Shown: one piece after another, positions 1 to 7,807 of the stretch
Layout: each line of letters opens with the position of its first letter
Numbering within the stretch: the first letter of the stretch is position 1
Source: Candidatus Multivoradales bacterium
Lineage (GTDB): Bacteria; Acidobacteriota; Thermoanaerobaculia; Multivoradales; Multivoraceae
Direction of reading: 5' to 3'
Length of the DNA stretch: 64,000 nucleotides
Assembly: GCA_965223325.1 (NCBI GenBank)
Contig: CBDCWI010000002.1
Location: 3,488,850 to 3,552,849, forward strand
The notes under the pieces: model-generated
Databases searched by the model: none
What the model saw: only the letters and a program-made list of their open reading frames with translations
What the model was told of the DNA's origin: nothing
Made by a program: the position numbers and the translations under genes

Positions 1-729
1 GGGCTGCTCCTCATCGCTGTCTTCCTTGAGAGTGGCGTAGTAAGCACTTGGCCACACTGACAACTCGATGGCTGCGATGTCTACGACTCTCGGGAGTTCG
101 TAGAGCGAGTACGCCCCCGCCGGGTCCGATGTCTGCGACACCGCAACGCACAGAAGCTCTTGCTCACGGCGATTATCCCAGTCCGGAATGTCGATGTAGT
201 TGAAACCGGCATGTCCAAGAACCCAGCGATCGGCCATCGGGTCCCAATTCACCGTTGGTTCCCCTGCAGAGGTCGTGCAAGGACCGGTCGCCCAGAGATC
301 ACTCAGCGAAAAGGGCCCGACGAGAAGCTCCCCCGTCTTCGAATAGATCGCGACGCCTTCTGGGCTGACTACCTGAACGTAGTGGTTAGGCCCGACGTCA
401 CCCCGAGGGTCGGGCGTAGGGCACTCTACGCATGTCCCCTCCGCGCTCATCCCCTCCCACGAAAAGGGTCGGCCTGCGCGGACTCCGCGGCGGGCAGTTT
501 CGAAGTCCGGTTCGAGATCAACGAGGGGCGAACCGGCACCTTCAAGCGCGCGCATCGACGGGAGCGTGTCCACGCGCGGGCTGACCTTAACGGAAAGCAG
601 AAATCCACCGCACGGGTGAGGGTGGTTTGCCGATGCACTGCCGACGGCCAAAGCCAGCGCGAGGATGGCCGCGCCCGATGTCCGCCCGGTTCGGGAAGAG
701 GGCTGACGCTTGGAGAGAAACCGTGACAT
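1..729 (-). CDS. Hypothetical secreted protein, 5' part (gene runs off the left edge). It is not in the ORF track because there is no in-window stop.
   Basis: My translation of the minus strand from ATG at 729-727 reads MSRFLSKRQPSSRTGRTSGAAILALALAVGSASANHPHP... as one uninterrupted frame down to position 1. The N-terminus is signal-peptide-like (basic n-region, Ala/Leu h-region). The residue composition is protein-like, unlike the Arg-rich plus-strand ORF 160..726 covering the same DNA. Confidence 0.5.
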   Translation of the reverse strand, partial: MSRFLSKRQPSSRTGRTSGAAILALALAVGSASANHPHPCGGFLLSVKVSPRVDTLPSMRALEGAGSPLVDLEPDFETARRGVRAGRPFSWEGMSAEGTCVECPTPDPRGDVGPNHYVQVVSPEGVAIYSKTGELLVGPFSLSDLWATGPCTTSAGEPTVNWDPMADRWVLGHAGFNYIDIPDWDNRREQELLCVAVSQTSDPAGAYSLYELPRVVDIAAIELSVWPSAYYATLKEDSDEEQP

Positions 730-1020
730 AAAGGCCGAAAAGGATGAGAACCCAAGGGCAAGGGGACCCGCCTGGTCGCCCGCTAGAGTTTATCAGGCCA
801 CTGTTCTCTCAACACCGCCGGTTAGAGGCAGGCGTACGGTCCAGCCGATCCGTCGTCCAACTCAAGCCCCCCTGGGTACCGGCAGGGTTGTTCCACCTTG
901 GGCACCCGACGAGCGCTGCCGCCGGTCTCAGTTACTCGCGTCTTCTCTCGCTGGGCTTTTTCGAGCACCCGAGGCCTAGCTCATGACGACACCCCCGGGC
1001 GTCTATTGACTCCCTACGAA

Positions 1021-2430
1021 CTAGTCCTCGTCGACGTAGCCGAGGGCTTCGAGCTGCTCGCGGACCTCGTCGGGCATGGTTGCGACATCGCGGAGCTTCG
1101 AAGCCAAGCCGCGGCGCTCCTTTCGCAGTCGATCAATCGTCTCTAGGTGCTCTGCGGCACCAGCAGGTTCCCCGGAGACGAGTTCACCGTTCAAGAGGTT
1201 GTAGGTCGTCTTCGAGCCAACGCGGGTGTCCCACACCACGTGTCGCGGTTCCGGACTGAGGGAGGACACTGCCATCAGGCCGCCGTAGGAGGAGTAGGAA
1301 ACCCTTGTGCCCCCCTGGCGTGATGTCCCATCACAGATCGAACGAACCCCGCACTGTCCATCCCAGGCCTTCTCGGCAGGCACCTCCGCGATCGCCGCCA
1401 GAACGGGCGCGATGTCGACCTGCGGACACAGGCCATCTTCTACAACGCCCGTCGGCTCCCACGAACGGTGATAGAGAAGCGGAACTTTGACCAGTTCTGG
1501 CTCGAGACCTTTTCCGTGCCCCAAGCGACCGTGCTCCAGGAAAAGGTCGCCGTGGTCTCCGGTGACGACAACAACGAAGCGCTCGCTAGAGGTCTCAGCG
1601 AGCTGCACAACCCTTTCGACAAGGGAGTCCACGTAGCGTATCCCCGCATCGTAGAGGTCAACCATGTATTGGAGGTCGGTCTCTGAAACGCGCTCCGGCG
1701 GAACACCGTTGCGATAGCGATCCACCCCCTTCGCACCGACAAACATCTCGCGAAACTCGCGCGGCGGCCAGTAGGGATTGTGTACATCCATGAAGTGGAG
1801 GTACGCGAACCAGGGTCGCTGGGGCGGATCTCGCTGCGTCCAGGCCTCGAAGGCTCGCACGACCGTTTCACCCTTCGCATATGCGATCTTCTTGCGGCGC
1901 CCCTCCTCACGATGGCTGTCGAGCTCCAGCTGGGCAACCTCGAACAGCTCCGGGTAGCCCGAGCCGTCGGCCATGTGAGGGTTCGTCAGCACCGCGAACG
2001 TCTCGTAGCCTGCGCTGGCGAATGCTCCGGGGAGGGTCTCGGAGATCGGGACTAAGGACGAACGCCGCTCGGTGCCTGAGGAGGTGGCGACCACCGGGGG
2101 AGGCGACATACTGGTCAGCAGGGCAGCGGTCGAGAGGAAGGTCTGAGAGCCATGGGAGAGCCCGACGCGACAGCTGACGCTCCGTGAGGCTAGCTGGTCG
2201 AGGAAGGGGCTGACGGGACGCTGATACCCGGCAAACCCGAGGTGGTCGCCACGAAGCGCATCGATATTGATGAGGAGGATGTTCGGGGCCCTCTTCTCGC
2301 CCGTTTCTTCGCCCACTGGGTTCGAAGCAGACGAATGGCCAGCTGGGTCCGGAGAGCACGAGCCGAGCGTGACCGCCGCAGAGACGACCAGGACAACGAG
2401 AATCTCGTGGCATCCGCGGGGAATGGTCAT
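1021..2430 (-). CDS. Sulfatase-family (alkaline-phosphatase superfamily) protein with N-terminal signal peptide; possible lipoprotein. Paralog 1.
   Basis: ORF 1021..2469, probable start at internal ATG 2430 (MTIPRGCHEILVVLVVSAAVTLGSCS...). The metal-site block NILLINIDALRGDHLGFAGY and the rest of the sequence are typical of the sulfatase / phosphotransferase fold. No canonical C-x-P-x-R formylglycine motif was seen. The C-terminal tail is ...EQLEALGYVDED. Confidence 0.7.
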   Translation of the reverse strand: MTIPRGCHEILVVLVVSAAVTLGSCSPDPAGHSSASNPVGEETGEKRAPNILLINIDALRGDHLGFAGYQRPVSPFLDQLASRSVSCRVGLSHGSQTFLSTAALLTSMSPPPVVATSSGTERRSSLVPISETLPGAFASAGYETFAVLTNPHMADGSGYPELFEVAQLELDSHREEGRRKKIAYAKGETVVRAFEAWTQRDPPQRPWFAYLHFMDVHNPYWPPREFREMFVGAKGVDRYRNGVPPERVSETDLQYMVDLYDAGIRYVDSLVERVVQLAETSSERFVVVVTGDHGDLFLEHGRLGHGKGLEPELVKVPLLYHRSWEPTGVVEDGLCPQVDIAPVLAAIAEVPAEKAWDGQCGVRSICDGTSRQGGTRVSYSSYGGLMAVSSLSPEPRHVVWDTRVGSKTTYNLLNGELVSGEPAGAAEHLETIDRLRKERRGLASKLRDVATMPDEVREQLEALGYVDED

Positions 2431-2641
2431 TTGGCTGGGCTCCGGCTCGTTGGTTTCGCAAAGAGGCAAGAACCTAACAGCTCGAAGCTACACGTTCCAA
2501 GCCGAAGCGCCCGAGTCTGAGGAGCCCTGCCAATGGAGTACCGCAGCTGGCAGCACACGGGTACAAACGGAAGGGCCACCCGAGGGTGGCCCTTTCTATT
2601 GCCAGACTTCGCAGTCTCGCGTTCTTCTGGCTAGGCGCTGC

Positions 2642-3289
2642 TCAGGGGCTGAGCGTGCGAAACGACACGAAATCGTCGAAGTAGTGTGAGCCGACCGTAC
2701 CGGCATCCACACTGCTCGCCAAGAGACCGACCTTCACATTCTTGACGCCCTGGGAGGCGGTGGGGATTTCCGTCTGCTCCCGGATGGTCGCATCGTCGAC
2801 CATGATCCGCAGCAGACCATCCGTGGCACCGGCTGACGCTGCCGCGCGGAACTCGATCGTGATCTTGTGGGCCTGGTTCGGCTGCAGGTCGATGACGCCA
2901 GTCTTGCGGCGCTTGGTTCCGCCCGTCGCCTGGTACAGGGCGCGGATGTCGTAGCCGCTGCCGCCAGCCTTGCGGCGGAGCTGAGCCGAAACCACGCGAT
3001 TCCCGTTGTTGGAGTCGTTCGTGGTGCTGAAGATGATGTGACGGGCGCCGATGTCCATCGTCATGTTGTTGACGTTGAACATGAAGGAGGCGGAGTAGAC
3101 CGGCTCCTGGGCCGGGGTGTCGTCCTGGACGAAAGCATTCGTCTGGGATCCGTCTGCGGTTACCTCGAGGCCGAAGTTCCCGGCCATTGCAGCGTTGCCG
3201 TTGACGTCAAGGGACGAGTCCGCAACTGCTGCCCCGGCAAGACAGAGCAGGCCCGAAAGGGCGATGGTCATAGTTCTCTGAAGTTTCAC
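2642..3289 (-). CDS. Secreted hypothetical protein (Asn/Thr/Gly-rich; fold prediction is inference)
   Basis: ORF 2642..3340. AGGAGA lies 6 nt upstream of GTG at 3289, giving VKLQRTMTIALSGLLCLAGAAVA... as a signal peptide. The gene sits 10 bp downstream of the anti-sigma gene on the same strand. I recognised no catalytic motif. Confidence 0.55.
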   Translation of the reverse strand: MKLQRTMTIALSGLLCLAGAAVADSSLDVNGNAAMAGNFGLEVTADGSQTNAFVQDDTPAQEPVYSASFMFNVNNMTMDIGARHIIFSTTNDSNNGNRVVSAQLRRKAGGSGYDIRALYQATGGTKRRKTGVIDLQPNQAHKITIEFRAAASAGATDGLLRIMVDDATIREQTEIPTASQGVKNVKVGLLASSVDAGTVGSHYFDDFVSFRTLSP

Positions 3290-3350
3290 GTTTCTTCTCC
3301 TTTGGGCTTCAGCCCGGGCGGGCCGGGTCCTTGAATCCATTGTTGGGTTG

Positions 3351-3842
3351 TTACTGTTGGGTTGAGTCTTCCGAGATCGTCAGCCGCGCCGCCGGGCCCA
3401 GCTCGCCGTCTTCGAAGTCAAAGGTCGAGAGTGGCACCGCCTCTACTCCTGCAACTGTTGGGTTGGCATCCGGACCCCCTGCCTCTATCAGCGAATCAAA
3501 CGCACCTCCCGCGGCGGCGAGAATGCCTGAGAGTGCGAGCACACAGGCTGCTGCGGCCAGAGGAATTCTGGCCTTGGCCGTCACCTCGGCGGATGGAGCC
3601 ACGGTCGCCAGGTCCCAACTCACGGCTTCGACCAGCTCGCGGCATTCGGCACAGGAAGCAACGTGCCGCTCCACTGATTCAGAAACACATGATTTGCCAT
3701 TTCTTGCGCCGAGTGCGTGCTCGACAAGGGCGTCTGCATCAGGATGCTGGTCGAGCGCCTTGAGCACCTGAGCGAAGGCCGTCTCGGCACCTTGGGGGAC
3801 AGCGTTTGCGGCTTTGTCGAAGTCTAGGGTTGAGTGACTCAT
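3351..3842 (-). CDS. Putative anti-sigma factor (zinc-binding H-x3-C-x2-C motif, single TM helix)
   Basis: HVASCAECREL matches the ZAS-type HxxxCxxC motif. There is one hydrophobic segment IPLAAAACVLALSGILAAAGGAF. The gene lies directly downstream of an ECF sigma gene on the same strand. Confidence 0.55.
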   Translation of the reverse strand: MSHSTLDFDKAANAVPQGAETAFAQVLKALDQHPDADALVEHALGARNGKSCVSESVERHVASCAECRELVEAVSWDLATVAPSAEVTAKARIPLAAAACVLALSGILAAAGGAFDSLIEAGGPDANPTVAGVEAVPLSTFDFEDGELGPAARLTISEDSTQQ

Positions 3843-4010
3843 CTGGGGTTCCTCTGGCCTCGGGCTCCCTGCCCGGTTGCTCTATAGTCGAGCGCCCGTG
3901 GCTTTTGTTACCGACTTTCTTGAGGTGCCCACAAGACGTCCCGATTCTCGGCCTTCCCCGTGCGAGAAGCGTAGCCGCCGGTCGACCCCCCGGTCGTTGC
4001 CGCTCTCAGA

Positions 4011-4559
4011 CTACTTGGCGCCTGGACCCTCTTCAAACAATCGCGCCCGTACCCCGAGGGCAGCCTTCCGACACCGGCTGATTCGCACCCTCAATGCCCC
4101 CTCTTTGATGCCCAGGGCGGCTGCCATCTGCGTGTAGTCCTGACCCAGCGCGACCCGGCGCAGCAGCTCCAGGCACTCGGGCTTCAGCTCCTCCTCCAGC
4201 GCCCGGAGCAGGCGGTCGGTGTCGGCGGCACCGAGTTCTGCGGCTCGAGGGTCCTCGCCCGCGATCTCCGTTGCCTCATCACCAAGGGACTCGCTGGGCC
4301 TGCGACCCCGAAGCCTCACGCGGTCGATGCACTTGTAGTGCGCGATGCGGCGGGCGTAGCTCGCCAAGGTGCTTTCGCCGCGAAAGCGACCCTCTCGAAC
4401 CGCAATCAGTAGGGCCGAAAGGGAGTCCTGCTCGACGTCTTCGAGGTCGCCTGCGGCAAGGCTGTGGGCGGAGAAGGCGACGCGGATGGCTCGCCGTACC
4501 GCCGCGACAACCTCGGCGTCACCGGCGAGGAAGCGCGCGCCGTCGCTCTTCTCGGTCAT
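4011..4559 (-). CDS. ECF-type RNA polymerase sigma factor (sigma-70 regions 2 and 4)
   Basis: ORF 4011..4721. The real start is most likely ATG 4559 (MTEKSDGARFL...), which forms an ATGA overlap with the stop (4558-4556) of the upstream 1080-aa gene. Region 2 is LLIAVREGRFRGESTLASYARRIAHYKCIDRVR. The region-4 HTH is LGQDYTQMAAALGIKEGALRVRISRCRKAL. Confidence 0.8.
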   Translation of the reverse strand: MTEKSDGARFLAGDAEVVAAVRRAIRVAFSAHSLAAGDLEDVEQDSLSALLIAVREGRFRGESTLASYARRIAHYKCIDRVRLRGRRPSESLGDEATEIAGEDPRAAELGAADTDRLLRALEEELKPECLELLRRVALGQDYTQMAAALGIKEGALRVRISRCRKAALGVRARLFEEGPGAK

Positions 4560-7500
4560 GCACTTGCCCGGCCCGCAGCCCTCGACTGCTGTCCGAGGAC
4601 GCGGAGTTCGGAGGCTGCGGCTGCTTCGATGGTGAAGCGGGCAGCGATTCGCTGCCCGCGAGCTGCGAGTAGCTTGCGCAGGTCCCCGTCCTCGACCAGG
4701 CGCTGGAGGGCAGACAGGCAAGCACTCCGATCGGCTGTGTCAACGACCAGAGCGGTGTCGCCATCGATCGCGTACTCACTGGCGCCGCCAGCCTTCGGAA
4801 CGATGACGGCGCAGCCGCAGGCCATCGCCTCGAGGCCAGTGCGGCCGAAAGCCTGGTAGTGCGAAAGGTCGACGAACACGTCGGAGCGTTGCAGGAGCCC
4901 GGCCACGCCCTCCCGTGTCATAACGCCGCATCGTTCGAATGTGCCGTCGGTAGCAGCCTCATAGATCGGGTCATCGACTGGCAAGCCAAACGTCAGAACT
5001 TCTACGCCCGAAGGGTACTCGCGAGCGATCGCGCGAAGTACCTCGAGCGTGCCTTCGGCGTTGCGCCGCGGAGTGCTCGGCCGGAGCATCGCAGCAACAC
5101 GGACCGCTCCGGTGGCTGGCTCGCGGCCCCGGGGGTTGTAGACCGAGTGGTCGATGCTGGGCGTCACCTTGGCCACCGGAACGCCATGCTCCTCGAACAC
5201 CTTGGCGCGAATCCAATCGGTCTTGGCGAACAGCTGCGACCGCGGGACCCGAGAGTAGGACAGCCGCGCCTCGCGCTCGAGATTCGGATCGTGCGCCACG
5301 ATCCTCGGTTCGTAGTCCTGGACGTAGTACCCCAAACCGAGGTCAGGAAAGCTGCGCGACAGCTGCTCGAGGAGCTTGACGGAGGTAAAAATCGTGGCGA
5401 CGGCATGGGTCGCCTGGCGTGCGAGCCGGGCCAACTCATCAATCCCCTGAAAGCCGACGAAAAGGTCCGCCGGAACAGATGGGTAGTTGTCGAGGAACCA
5501 ATGGCGGTGCTGCTTGGGAACCGCGATGCGTGCCGCAGCCCCTAGCGCGCGCATGCCCAGCGCCTCCTGAACGATCGAATGCACGCCGCCGCCGCCGCGA
5601 CTGACCGGAAGAATAAAGAGAACCGACATGGCCTCGGGATCTGGGTCGACACCTGCTCCGGCGATGGGCGCTGCACGATCGATTCGGCCGAGGGCCTCCT
5701 GAATCCGAGCTCGCACCTTCGCCATCTCAGGGTTGTGGCGCATGAACTCGCTCGCCTGCTTGATCACCTCTGCGCCGTGCTTCTCGTCGAAGGCCTGACG
5801 GCTGCTGCTGGCGAGCTCGCGCCGGCGCTCGTGGCTGTAGCTCTTCGATTTGGCGTGGAAGACGAAGACGTCGTCGACCACCGCAAGTTCGAATCCTTCT
5901 GCCCGCGCGCGCAGGCAGTAGTCGTTCTCTTCGCCGTAGCCACGCGGGAAGGACTCTTCGTCGAGCAACCCGATCCGGTCGAGAAGCTCGCGCCGGATCA
6001 TGAAGCAGAAGCCGTTGAGAAACGGCATACGCGGCCGTGCACGGGCCGACGCCCGCTTCACCACGTCGTCCATTCCGTTGACACCGAGACCCTCGGGCAA
6101 CTCGTTGACGGCCCAGTCGCCCGCTTCGTCGAAGCGCTTGGGTACCGACTGGTAGCTCGCCGCGTTCGACAGTGGCCCGACGACGCCCAGCTTGCCGCTC
6201 GAAGCACCGGCTTCCACCATCCGATCGAGCCAGCCGAAAGGCACAACGACGTCGCTGTTGAGCAATACCACCCAGTCGGCCTCGCTCGCTCGCAGGCCAC
6301 GATTAGCGGCCCGGGTGTAGCCGGTGGCCCGGTCGCTTCGCAGCAGTTGGCTCTCGTGCCTGGTTGCAAAACCTCGCAGGTACTCGGCCGTTTCCATGTC
6401 CGAACCGTCATCGACGATATAGAGCGTGTACTGTCGCCGGGTGTTGCGAACCAGCGATTCGAGACAAGCTGTCACATCCTCGAGGGCGTTGTGAACACAT
6501 ACCACGACGTCGACGGTGAGTTCGTCGACCGACCTGGCGCCGGCGATGCTTTCCGGCGCAACTCTGGGCCCGGGAGCAGTGGCTGTAGATGTGGATGTGG
6601 ATGTGGATGTGGATGCGGGCGCCACGCTCAGCGGGCGAAAAAGGCCTTGGACCCGATTGCGAAGGCCCCTGAGCTTCCCGATCAGAAGCCAGCTGCGCGA
6701 CTCGTAGATCGCCCGCAGCTGCTGCTCGAGCCGGCGCTCTTTCCCCTTTCTGCGCTCATAGGCTTTTGAGTACTCGCTCTTCTCGCGACGCACCTTGCGA
6801 AGCGCGCGGGCAGCGAGCCGGTGACGGTCGATGTACTCCTCGAGTTCGCGCTTCTGTCTCTGGAGCTTCTCGTTGGCCGCGGCCAGGGCGGCTCTGAGTT
6901 CGCGCTCGTCCTCTCGGCGGCTGGCAAGCTCGTCGGCCAGCTGTCGCAAGATGCGCCGCATATCGGTATCGCGAACCGCTATCTCCTTGGAGTCGGCCGC
7001 CATCTGCTCGCGCCGCTGCCGTTCGCGCTGACGGCCGATTTCAACCCGAATCCTTTCGGACTCGATGGTTTCGATAATCGCCTCGCGCGTTTCCCTGCTA
7101 TCGAGCCGTTCGGCAAAGGCTGCCAGTGCCGGCGATGTACGAAGGCGCTCCTCGGGCAGGAGGACGGCGAGGCCATGAAGGCCACGCACGACCCGGAACC
7201 GAATGTCGCACTGTGTTCCCGCCAGGAAATCCTCGACCGCGGTGAGGACACCGTTCCTCTCGCCGCCTTCGACTGCCGCGTGGTGAAGGTGACCGTTAAG
7301 ACCGCCGGCATCAACCAGTAAGGGATGGTCCGGGTGCACACCGCGCCGGGCAAAGGGTTGCCTGTCGAGTTCTGGAATGCGGTCGGGCTCGTAGTAGAGG
7401 TCTCGCCGCCCGTAGGGCCAGCCGACGTCATGGAGCAAGACCACCGGAAACGGAACGCCTGCGCGCTGGCTGATCTCGTGCAGAAGGCGAAGCTCGTGAA

Positions 7501-7798
7501 AGACGGTGTACCAGTTGTGGTCTCCGTCGACCAGCGCCACGTCACACGCCGGGAGACCGGGAAGGACGTCGTGGCTCGTGCCTCGGTGAAAAACGAGCGC
7601 CGGGCCCCACTCCTGCTGCCACTCGTCGACGTCGTACTTCGGCAGCGGGTCGATGACGTGCAGCGTTGCGGCGTTCTGGCGGCAGTATCCGAGCAGCTCC
7701 CGCGTTTGCAGACCGCCGTCAGAACCGATTTCAACCAGAACTTTGGGCGACGTCGCCTCGAGCAGCGGCTCGGTGACGGTCTTCCAGAACCTTCTCAT
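4556..7798 (-). CDS. Multidomain glycan synthase with five segments in one chain. Residues ~15-215: class I SAM-dependent (O-)methyltransferase-like domain. Residues ~232-385: coiled coil. Residues 396-406: (ST)n linker. Residues ~428-650: GT2 glycosyltransferase. Residues ~725-1070: GT4 glycosyltransferase. Domain labels rest on motif reading only.
   Basis: Methyltransferase-like N-terminus: VLVEIGSDGG...HVIDP...DVALVDGDH...LLHDVGWPYG. Coiled coil: a heptad-like charged stretch REAIIETIESERIRVEIGRQRERQRREQ...LQRQKRELEEYIDRHRLAARALRKVRREKSEY...LEQQLRAIYESRS. Linker: STSTSTSTSTA. GT2: VVVCVHNALEDV...YIVDDGSD...LLNSDVVV...GFCFMIRRELLDRIG...GEENDYCLRA. GT4: GRTGLEAMACGCAVIV...E-rich C-terminal block. 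The gene lies in the same locus as wzm/wzt. Confidence 0.85.
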   Translation of the reverse strand: MRRFWKTVTEPLLEATSPKVLVEIGSDGGLQTRELLGYCRQNAATLHVIDPLPKYDVDEWQQEWGPALVFHRGTSHDVLPGLPACDVALVDGDHNWYTVFHELRLLHEISQRAGVPFPVVLLHDVGWPYGRRDLYYEPDRIPELDRQPFARRGVHPDHPLLVDAGGLNGHLHHAAVEGGERNGVLTAVEDFLAGTQCDIRFRVVRGLHGLAVLLPEERLRTSPALAAFAERLDSRETREAIIETIESERIRVEIGRQRERQRREQMAADSKEIAVRDTDMRRILRQLADELASRREDERELRAALAAANEKLQRQKRELEEYIDRHRLAARALRKVRREKSEYSKAYERRKGKERRLEQQLRAIYESRSWLLIGKLRGLRNRVQGLFRPLSVAPASTSTSTSTSTATAPGPRVAPESIAGARSVDELTVDVVVCVHNALEDVTACLESLVRNTRRQYTLYIVDDGSDMETAEYLRGFATRHESQLLRSDRATGYTRAANRGLRASEADWVVLLNSDVVVPFGWLDRMVEAGASSGKLGVVGPLSNAASYQSVPKRFDEAGDWAVNELPEGLGVNGMDDVVKRASARARPRMPFLNGFCFMIRRELLDRIGLLDEESFPRGYGEENDYCLRARAEGFELAVVDDVFVFHAKSKSYSHERRRELASSSRQAFDEKHGAEVIKQASEFMRHNPEMAKVRARIQEALGRIDRAAPIAGAGVDPDPEAMSVLFILPVSRGGGGVHSIVQEALGMRALGAAARIAVPKQHRHWFLDNYPSVPADLFVGFQGIDELARLARQATHAVATIFTSVKLLEQLSRSFPDLGLGYYVQDYEPRIVAHDPNLEREARLSYSRVPRSQLFAKTDWIRAKVFEEHGVPVAKVTPSIDHSVYNPRGREPATGAVRVAAMLRPSTPRRNAEGTLEVLRAIAREYPSGVEVLTFGLPVDDPIYEAATDGTFERCGVMTREGVAGLLQRSDVFVDLSHYQAFGRTGLEAMACGCAVIVPKAGGASEYAIDGDTALVVDTADRSACLSALQRLVEDGDLRKLLAARGQRIAARFTIEAAAASELRVLGQQSRAAGRASA
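6585..6614. repeat. Hexanucleotide microsatellite (GTGGAT)n, about 4-5 units. It lies inside the synthase gene and encodes the (ST)n linker.
   Basis: Plus strand reads gtagat gtggat gtggat gtggat gtggat. The minus-strand reading ACATCC repeats gives TSTSTS. The repeat is in frame, since 6 is a multiple of 3. Confidence 0.85.
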
Positions 7799-7807
7799 GC
7801 CACGGTT

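Noticed and set aside
160-761. Plus-strand ORF 160..726 (188 aa) and minus-strand ORF 447..761 (104 aa)
   Set aside because: Both are Arg/Pro-rich with no domain signal. A third reading (minus strand, ATG at 729, running off the left edge) gives a well-behaved protein with a signal peptide, so these two are treated as shadow ORFs.
6585-6614. Considered whether the (GTGGAT)n array, the 15-bp repeats at 27730 or the 66-bp and 130-bp repeats could be CRISPR arrays
   Set aside because: These are contiguous tandem units without spacers (6-bp and 15-bp), or only two copies with non-unique intervening sequence. No cas genes are present.
5579-6769. Long antisense ORFs opposite real genes, including 5579..6769+, 8345..9352+, 10427..11497+, 16625..18256-, 25213..26568-, 28400..29392-, 30074..30940-, 34569..35411-, 37787..38737+, 40507..41559+, 42424..43866+, 47528..48178+, 58530..60095+ and 61336..62382-
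   Set aside because: They are typical high-GC shadow ORFs. They lie antisense to genes with strong family signatures and have Arg/Ala/Gly-rich, low-complexity composition with no motifs.
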